Position numbers and translations under genes: made by a program. The notes below the pieces were generated by a model. It was not told the origin of the DNA. It saw only the letters and a list, made by a program, of their open reading frames with translations, and did no database searches. From Escherichia coli (GTDB lineage Bacteria > Pseudomonadota > Gammaproteobacteria > Enterobacterales > Enterobacteriaceae): 64,000 bases of DNA. Positions 56,088-64,000 of this stretch are shown here, piece by piece (position 1 is the first letter of the stretch; each line of letters begins with the position of its first letter). The stretch lies in the NCBI RefSeq assembly GCF_041886205.1, contig NZ_CP169029.1, one strand, 5' to 3'.

Positions 56088-57119
56088 ATGTCTGCATTTA
56101 CCCCGGCAAGTGAAGTCTTGCTGCGTCACAGTGATGATTTCGAACAAAGCCGTATTCTGTTTGCCGGAGACTTACAGGATGACCTGCCCGCGCGTTTAGA
56201 TACCGCGGCCAGCCGTGCTCATACCCAGCAATTCCACCACTGGCAGGTATTAAGCCGCCAGATGGGGGATAACGCCCGTTTCAGTCTGGTCGCCACGGCG
56301 GATGACGTCGCAGATTGCGATACGCTGATTTACTACTGGCCGAAGAACAAACCGGAAGCCCAGTTCCAGTTGATGAATTTACTTTCTCTGCTGCCGGTGG
56401 GGACGGATATTTTTGTCGTTGGCGAGAACCGCAGCGGCGTGCGCAGCGCCGAGCAGATGCTGGCAGATTATGCGCCGTTGAATAAAGTCGACAGCGCTCG
56501 TCGCTGTGGCCTCTATTTTGGTCGTCTGGAAAAACAGCCGGTATTTGATGCCGATAAATTCTGGGGCGAATACAGCGTCGATGGCCTGACAGTCAAAACG
56601 CTGCCTGGCGTGTTTAGCCGCGACGGTCTGGATGTCGGTAGCCAGTTGCTACTCTCGACGTTAACCCCGCACACGAAAGGTAAAGTGCTGGATGTCGGCT
56701 GTGGCGCGGGTGTGCTTTCAGTTGCCTTTGCGCGCCATTCACCGAAAATTCATCTCACCTTGTGCGATGTCTCTGCCCCGGCGGTAGAAGCCAGCCGTGC
56801 GACGCTTGCGGCCAACGGTGTTGAAGGTGAAGTCTTTGCCAGCAACGTCTTTTCCGAGGTGAAAGGTCGTTTTGATATGATCATCTCCAACCCGCCGTTC
56901 CACGATGGGATGCAAACCAGCCTGGATGCGGCGCAAACGCTGATTCGCGGCGCGGTGCGTCATCTTAATAGCGGCGGCGAGCTGCGAATTGTAGCGAACG
57001 CCTTCCTGCCTTATCCGGACGTGCTGGATGAGACATTTGGCTTCCACGAAGTGATCGCGCAAACAGGGCGCTTCAAGGTGTATCGCGCCATTATGACCCG
57101 CCAGGCGAAGAAAGGTTAA
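56088..57119 (+). CDS. rsmC: 16S rRNA (guanine1207-N2)-methyltransferase RsmC
   Basis: 343-aa [62 protein letters not shown]...; [15 protein letters not shown] motif. Confidence 0.96.
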   Translation: MSAFTPASEVLLRHSDDFEQSRILFAGDLQDDLPARLDTAASRAHTQQFHHWQVLSRQMGDNARFSLVATADDVADCDTLIYYWPKNKPEAQFQLMNLLSLLPVGTDIFVVGENRSGVRSAEQMLADYAPLNKVDSARRCGLYFGRLEKQPVFDADKFWGEYSVDGLTVKTLPGVFSRDGLDVGSQLLLSTLTPHTKGKVLDVGCGAGVLSVAFARHSPKIHLTLCDVSAPAVEASRATLAANGVEGEVFASNVFSEVKGRFDMIISNPPFHDGMQTSLDAAQTLIRGAVRHLNSGGELRIVANAFLPYPDVLDETFGFHEVIAQTGRFKVYRAIMTRQAKKG

Positions 57120-57137
57120 TTATCTCGCCGAATACCG

Positions 57138-57172
<35 letters not shown>

Positions 57173-57308
57173 AAAACCTGCACGTTAGTTTCCTGATGGA
57201 CATTTTTCCAGCAATTACACCTCCGGCGATAATTAACTATTGACGAAAAGCTGAAAACCACTAGAATGCGCCTCCGTGGTAGCAATTCTTTTTAAGAATT
57301 GATGGTAT

Positions 57309-57395
57309 GCGAAGGTGGCGGAATTGGTAGACGCGCTAGCTTCAGGTGTTAGTGTCCTTACGGACGTGGGGGTTCAAGTCCCCCCCCTCGCACCA
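57309..57395 (+). tRNA. leuQ: tRNA-Leu (anticodon CAG), copy 1
   Basis: GCGAAGGTGGCGGAATTGGTAGACGCGCTAGCTTCAGGTGTTAGTGTCCTTACGGACGTGGGGGTTCAAGTCCCCCCCCTCGCACCA, 87 nt, long variable arm, encoded CCA. Confidence 0.95.
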
Positions 57396-57423
57396 AAAAC
57401 CACGTTGATATTGCTCGCACTGG

Positions 57424-57510
57424 GCGAAGGTGGCGGAATTGGTAGACGCGCTAGCTTCAGGTGTTAGTGTTCTTACGGACGTGGGGGTTCAAGTCCCCCC
57501 CCTCGCACCA
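57424..57510 (+). tRNA. leuP: tRNA-Leu (anticodon CAG), copy 2; one substitution (C to T) in the variable arm versus copies 1 and 3
   Basis: Same 87-nt sequence except GTTAGTGTTCTTACGGAC in place of GTTAGTGTCCTTACGGAC. Confidence 0.95.
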
Positions 57511-57544
57511 AACGAGGCGATATCAAAAAAAGTAAGATGACTGT

Positions 57545-57631
57545 GCGAAGGTGGCGGAATTGGTAGACGCGCTAGCTTCAGGTGTTAGTGTCCTTACGGA
57601 CGTGGGGGTTCAAGTCCCCCCCCTCGCACCA
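57545..57631 (+). tRNA. leuV: tRNA-Leu (anticodon CAG), copy 3
   Basis: Identical to copy 1; ends ...CCCCCCCCTCGCACCA. Confidence 0.95.
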
Positions 57632-57669
57632 ATTATCTTTACTTCCTTTCTTGTTTCTTCCTTGATTTT

Positions 57670-57906
57670 TCATCCCTGATTCAAATTCATTATCATCAGC
57701 ATGATGCCAGCAATAAGCGCCAGGCACGATGGTAGCAAAACGTAATGCCGTAACTGTTTGTGATACAGCATCACCGGCGTCAATACTAATCCCATCAGAA
57801 TGACAATCCGCCATTGATCAGGCGATAAATCCGCATACATCAGCCCTGCAATCAGCAATCCTGGCAGCAACACTCCCCAGCCACTGCCCAGCGTACGTTG
57901 CAACAT
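57670..57906 (-). CDS. yjjZ: Small inner-membrane protein YjjZ (DUF1435)
   Basis: MLQRTLGSGWGVLLPGLLIAGLMYADLSPDQWRIVILMGLVLTPVMLYHKQLRHYVLLPSCLALIAGIMLMIMNLNQG; track ORF 57670..58017 has a 37-codon extension. Confidence 0.8.
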   Translation of the reverse strand: MLQRTLGSGWGVLLPGLLIAGLMYADLSPDQWRIVILMGLVLTPVMLYHKQLRHYVLLPSCLALIAGIMLMIMNLNQG

Positions 57907-58046
57907 GGTTTCATCTCTTTCATTGATAATGATAACCAATATCATATGATAATTTTTATCATTTGCAAGCCAGAGAAATCCCTTGCTATCGGATAAACCT
58001 ATCGCTAGGATTAGCAATCATTATCATTTAGATTACTATCCCGATT

Positions 58047-58835
58047 ATGGCCTATCGTTCCGCACCGCTCTATGAAGATGTTATCTGGCGAACGCATCTC
58101 CAGCCACAGGATGCTGGGCTTGCACAAGCCGTACGTGCGACGATCGCCAAACATCGTGAACATTTGCTCGAGTTTATCCGCCTGGATGAACCCGCTCCGC
58201 TTAACGCCATGACGCTGGCGCAATGGTCATCACCGAATGCGCTAAGTTCTCTACTCGCGGTCTATTCCGATCATATCTATCGCAACCAACCAACGATGAT
58301 CCGCGAGAACAAACCGCTGATCTCACTATGGGCACAATGGTATATCGGCCTGATGGTGCCACCATTAATGCTGGCGCTACTGACGCAGGAAAAGGCATTA
58401 GATGTGTCGCCGGAACATTTCCACGTTGAGTTTCACGAAACCGGCCGTGCCGCCTGTTTCTGGGTCGATGTGTGTGAAGATAAAAACGCAACACCACATT
58501 CGCCGCAGCAGCGAATGGAAACGTTAATCAGCCAGGCGCTGGTTCCGGTTGTGCAGGCACTAGAAGCGACCGGAGAGATCAACGGCAAACTTATCTGGAG
58601 TAATACCGGTTATTTGATCAACTGGTATCTCACTGAGATGAAGCAACTGCTCGGCGAGGCGACGGTTGAATCGCTGCGCCATGCCCTCTTTTTTGAGAAA
58701 ACGCTCACGAACGGTGAAGATAATCCACTCTGGCGTACCGTGGTACTGCGCGACGGCCTGCTGGTGCGCCGCACTTGCTGCCAGCGTTATCGCTTACCGG
58801 ATGTGCAGCAATGTGGCGATTGTACGCTGAAATGA
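58047..58835 (+). CDS. fhuF: Ferric-siderophore reductase FhuF (2Fe-2S)
   Basis: 262-aa MAYRSAPLYEDVIWRTHLQPQDAGLAQAVRATIAKHREHLLEFIRLDEPAPLN...; C-terminal CCQRYRLPDVQQCGDC cluster motif. Confidence 0.96.
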   Translation: MAYRSAPLYEDVIWRTHLQPQDAGLAQAVRATIAKHREHLLEFIRLDEPAPLNAMTLAQWSSPNALSSLLAVYSDHIYRNQPTMIRENKPLISLWAQWYIGLMVPPLMLALLTQEKALDVSPEHFHVEFHETGRAACFWVDVCEDKNATPHSPQQRMETLISQALVPVVQALEATGEINGKLIWSNTGYLINWYLTEMKQLLGEATVESLRHALFFEKTLTNGEDNPLWRTVVLRDGLLVRRTCCQRYRLPDVQQCGDCTLK

Positions 58836-58842
58836 AAGCACT

Positions 58843-58862
58843 GCCGGGGAAGTAAACCCGGC
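58843..58862. terminator. Hairpin between convergent fhuF and bglJ
   Basis: gccgggg-aagtaaa-cccggc stem-loop; no strong T-run, so terminator assignment is tentative. Confidence 0.35.
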
Positions 58863-58872
58863 ATAATGCGGA

Positions 58873-59550
58873 TTAATAGGGATGCAACACATTACTTGCT
58901 TCGCAATGCCGCATACATAACAGAATATCTGCGGCCTCCAACAACCCTGCATCAGAACTGACGCCCAGTTTCGACATCACATTAAATTTATGTGCACGGA
59001 TCGTTTTGATATTGCGTTTAAGCTGCTCGGCAATTTGTGTCATTGAGTAGCCACGCGACATAAAGCGCAATATTTCTCTCTCCGTCGGGCTTAACGTCCG
59101 GCTTTGGTTAATGTACCACTGATTGTTCAGTCGGTCGGTCGCCTGACGTACACCATTTAATGACAAAAAGAGTTCCTGATGAAAAATCTCCAGCGTTGAC
59201 GCTTTACTTAATACACCGTCCAGCGGTGATGGCGACAATGAACCAATCAGCCGAGCTTCAATATCATCATCCGCAATAACTAAACGCCGGGTACGCGGAA
59301 ACTTAATCGCCAGTTCAGTCAGGCAAGATAATCCCTCTCTGCGCTCACTTCTCATGGCAGAAAAAGAAAAAATGACCGCCGCAAATGAGATCCGCGACAT
59401 GGCATCCTGAAATGACTCCTGACTGGTATAGGTATGGAGCTTATAAGGGTTACCCGCAAACTTTCTGAATAAACTCTCAATACCGATACTGCTCATGACG
59501 CATTTTTCTATGAGTGCGACATTTCTCTTCTTAATTCGGCTGTGTTCCAT
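58873..59550 (-). CDS. bglJ: LuxR-family transcriptional activator BglJ
   Basis: 225-aa [63 protein letters not shown]...; C-terminal LuxR HTH. Confidence 0.93.
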
Positions 59551-60233
59551 TCTGCGGCATCTCCATAAACAGAAGGCAAGTTAAGTTCTCTTGCACCCTG
59601 CGCGCTATTTATCCATGCATACATTTCAGCGTTGCTGTGAATTGCCAGTCGACGCATCGCACTGTTTTTTTGGGCGCTGATAGTTTTATTACTTTTCTTA
59701 AGCAACGAAGCTATCTGGTTGATGCCCCATCCTTTACCTAATAGCCGCAGTACCTTGCGCTCTGAAAGAGTGAGAATGACGGAGCGATAGCTAAAATCAT
59801 GAGTTTCAGTCATTGCCGGAGAGGTCAGCATGGCGCTGATACGCTCTGCGTGCGTATTGCCGGAACGTACGGTCTTGACCAGATTCTCAATGGGTTCAAC
59901 ATCAGACAATAACGTCGCCGTAGGGCACATGAGCAATTCTACTGCCTGGGAATACCAGGAGCGTGACACCATGAAAACCCAGTGAATTTCCCGATATTGT
60001 GAAATTAAAGAATAATAATGCTCACAAACAGAACGTGGATCTTCACTTTCACCGGCTAAATCAGCAATGACTAATCCGGAACGACGTAATTGTAATAAGG
60101 TAAGGTCCTCCGCAGAGGCGCTGGATATTATTTCATATTCAGGGAAGTGAGTCCTCATGACCTCTTTTAACCCTGCTTGCATAACAGGTATTTTACTGAT
60201 AACAATTCCATTTTTGCAGCATCCTGGCAACAT
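59508..60233 (-). CDS. yjjQ: LuxR-family transcriptional regulator YjjQ
   Basis: 241-aa [69 protein letters not shown]...; overlaps bglJ start. Confidence 0.93.
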
Positions 60234-60851
60234 ATTTCCTCCACATCCACTGTCTAAAAATCATGATGGTTTATTCAGGATATTCATTCCTTAAATGTTT
60301 CCAGCAAATTAATAGATTAAGCGAATAAATTATCCTTAGCATTCACTTTCATATCAGCATACTCCTGCTGCACAACAACTCCACTGCATGTGTCAGAAGG
60401 TTAGCATCAAATGATAACCTGGTGAAATAGCCTGGAGACATTTAAAATATCTACATTAAGTTGTTAGGAATACTTAATGAAAAACAGAAATCACATTCAT
60501 TTAATTTATAATTAAATGATATCCCTTCCCGCAGAATGAAAAATCACACAACCAATATTTATTCAATGAAATCTGATGGTTTTAACTTGTTAACATTAAA
60601 AAACGTGCCCGGTTATCTATAATCCTGATTCGTAAAGGCCAAACAATAAATTCATTATAGTGATAATATTCATGTGATAGTTTGTTTGCGGCGAGAGATA
60701 ATTCGCTTTTTATCACCGAGCTTGTCCCGATAACCAGGATTAATCAGCGCAATTTTGATCTTAACCTACCGCAAAACAACCGTGCTTCATGATACAAATG
60801 GATTCTCATTATCTGAACAATACGCAGCACGTCTATGACAAAGGGCGAGTT
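60234..60851. promoter_or_regulatory. About 600-bp AT-rich divergent control region between yjjQ-bglJ and yjjP
   Basis: Markedly AT-rich, non-coding in all frames, with curved-DNA-like A/T tracts; typical of nucleoid-protein-silenced promoter regions. Confidence 0.5.
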
Positions 60852-62086
<1,235 letters not shown>

Positions 62087-62192
62087 AATTGCCTCGCTTA
62101 AGCACACGGATGAGAGACAGCCTCCTCTCCTCCGTGTGTTACTATAAAAGTTATCTCCCTTCTCGTTCATCGTTCCATATTTGAGAAACAGT

Positions 62193-62732
62193 ATGTCTTC
62201 CAGAGTTTTGACCCCGGACGTCGTTGGTATTGACGCCCTGGTACACGATCACCAAACCGTTCTGGCAAAAGCTGAAGGCGGTGTGGTTGCCGTATTTGCT
62301 AACAATGCCCCGGCGTTTTATGCCGTCACGCCTGCACGCCTGGCTGAACTGCTGGCGCTGGAAGAAAAGCTGGCGCGTCCGGGAAGCGATGTCGCTCTGG
62401 ACGATCAACTCTATCAGGAACCGCAAGCCGCTCCCGTTGCTGTACCCATGGGGAAATTCGCCATGTATCCGGACTGGCAACCCGATGCCGACTTTATCCG
62501 CCTGGCGGCGCTATGGGGCGTGGCACTAAGAGAGCCGGTGACCACCGAAGAACTGGCCTCATTCATTGCCTACTGGCAGGCGGAAGGTAAAGTCTTTCAC
62601 CATGTACAGTGGCAACAAAAACTGGCGCGCAGCCTGCAAATCGGTCGTGCCAGCAACGGCGGACTGCCGAAACGAGATGTGAATACGGTCAGCGAACCTG
62701 ACAGCCAAATTCCACCAGGATTCAGAGGGTAA
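62193..62732 (+). CDS. dnaT: Primosomal protein DnaT
   Basis: [81 protein letters not shown]...; track ORF begins 62181. Confidence 0.95.
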
Positions 62733-62734
62733 CG

Positions 62735-63472
62735 ATGAAAAACGTTGGCGACCTGATGCAACGCCTGCAAAAAATGATGCCTGCCCATATCAAACCTGCT
62801 TTCAAAACGGGTGAAGAACTACTGGCCTGGCAGAAAGAACAAGGGGCGATCCGCTCCGCCGCTCTCGAACGTGAAAATCGGGCGATGAAAATGCAGCGCA
62901 CCTTTAACCGCTCCGGTATTCGTCCACTGCATCAGAACTGCTCCTTTGAGAACTATCGCGTTGAGTGTGAAGGGCAAATGAATGCGTTAAGCAAAGCGCG
63001 CCAGTATGTCGAAGAGTTTGACGGCAACATCGCCAGCTTCATCTTTTCTGGTAAGCCAGGAACCGGCAAAAACCATCTGGCGGCAGCAATCTGCAACGAG
63101 CTGCTGCTACGCGGTAAATCCGTATTGATCATCACCGTGGCCGATATTATGTCGGCGATGAAAGATACCTTCAGGAATAGCGGTACCAGCGAAGAACAAC
63201 TGCTTAACGATCTGAGCAACGTTGATCTGCTGGTGATCGATGAGATCGGCGTGCAGACCGAATCGAAATACGAAAAAGTGATCATCAACCAGATCGTCGA
63301 TCGCCGCTCTTCTTCCAAACGCCCAACCGGGATGCTGACCAACAGTAATATGGAAGAGATGACCAAGTTGCTGGGCGAACGCGTGATGGACCGTATGCGC
63401 CTGGGTAACAGTTTGTGGGTGATCTTCAACTGGGATAGCTACCGTAGCCGGGTAACGGGTAAAGAGTATTAA
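62735..63472 (+). CDS. dnaC: Helicase loader DnaC
   Basis: 245-aa MKNVGDLMQRLQKMMPAHIKPAFKTGEELLAWQKEQGAIRSAALERENRAMKMQRTFNRSG...; Walker A GKPGTGKNHLAAA; 2-nt spacer after dnaT. Confidence 0.97.
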   Translation: MKNVGDLMQRLQKMMPAHIKPAFKTGEELLAWQKEQGAIRSAALERENRAMKMQRTFNRSGIRPLHQNCSFENYRVECEGQMNALSKARQYVEEFDGNIASFIFSGKPGTGKNHLAAAICNELLLRGKSVLIITVADIMSAMKDTFRNSGTSEEQLLNDLSNVDLLVIDEIGVQTESKYEKVIINQIVDRRSSSKRPTGMLTNSNMEEMTKLLGERVMDRMRLGNSLWVIFNWDSYRSRVTGKEY

Positions 63473-63520
63473 TCCCCGTTTCTGGCGGTATACTGCGACA
63501 CAATTCCACCTTGAGTAATG

Positions 63521-64000
63521 ATGATGAAAACTGTTAAACATCTTCTGTGCTGTGCCATTGCCGCCAGCGCATTAATTTCCACCGGGGTGCATGCTGCGTC
63601 CCGGAAAGATGCGCTCTCCAGCGCCGCCAGCGAACTTGGCAACCAAAACAGCACGACACAGGAAGGCGGTTGGTCGCTCGCGTCATTAACTAACTTGCTT
63701 AGCAGCGGGAACCAGGCCTTAAGCGCAGATAACATGAACAACGCCGCAGGCATTCTGCAATACTGCGCGAAGCAAAAGCTGGCTTCGGTAACCGATGCCG
63801 AAAACATCAAGAATCAGGTACTGGAAAAACTGGGCCTGAACAGTGAAGAGCAAAAAGAAGACACCAACTATCTGGATGGCATTCAGGGTTTGCTGAAAAC
63901 TAAAGATGGTCAGCAACTCAATCTGGATAATATCGGAACGACTCCGCTGGCAGAAAAGGTGAAAACCAAAGCCTGCGATCTGGTGTTAAAGCAGGGGCTG
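63521..64000 (+). CDS. yjjA: YjjA (DUF2501) secreted protein, 3' end cut by window edge
   Basis: Hand translation MMKTVKHLLCCAIAASALISTGVHAASRKDALSSAASELGNQNSTTQEGGWSLASLTNLLSSGNQALSADNMNNAAGILQYCAKQKLASV... runs to window end; start may be one codon earlier (63518). Confidence 0.8.
   Translation, partial: MMKTVKHLLCCAIAASALISTGVHAASRKDALSSAASELGNQNSTTQEGGWSLASLTNLLSSGNQALSADNMNNAAGILQYCAKQKLASVTDAENIKNQVLEKLGLNSEEQKEDTNYLDGIQGLLKTKDGQQLNLDNIGTTPLAEKVKTKACDLVLKQGL

Overview
This 64-kb window is an Escherichia coli chromosome segment, shown as the reverse complement of the usual K-12 orientation and spanning the zero point of the standard map. Gene order: nhaR (partial) - nhaA - [three-gene AT-rich insert] - sokC/mokC/hokC - IS186 - dnaJ - dnaK - yaaI - yaaW - satP - mog - talB - yaaJ - yaaA - yaaX - thrCBA - thrL | lasT - yjjY - arcA - creDCBA - rob - gpmB - yjjX - trpR - slt - ettA - nadR - radA - serB - ytjB - lplA - [yjjJ locus] - deoDBAC - yjjI - yjjW - yjjV - yjjU - ytjA - osmY - prfC - yjjG - rimI - holD - rsmC - leuQ/leuP/leuV - yjjZ - fhuF - bglJ - yjjQ - yjjP - yjjB - dnaT - dnaC - yjjA (partial). 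Nearly all of it is well-known core genome, identified by reading the supplied translations, and gene lengths and spacings match my recollection of MG1655. Two loci differ from MG1655 as I recall it (not verified by alignment). First, about 3.9 kb of AT-rich DNA between nhaA and hokC carries a Tsx/OmpK-like outer-membrane channel, a secreted Ser-type sulfatase and a Cys-rich zinc-ribbon protein of unknown function; this is the best candidate for an accessory or undescribed system. Second, the yjjJ locus between lplA and deoD is reduced to an 87-aa helix-turn-helix ORF followed by three short direct repeats. Also present are an IS186 copy with 12-bp flanking duplications 23 bp downstream of hokC, the thr leader and attenuator, three tandem tRNA-Leu(CAG) genes, several REP clusters and intrinsic terminators. 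No CRISPR array or rRNA was seen. All coordinates and motif calls were made by eye without tools, so start codons and element ends may be off by a few bases.
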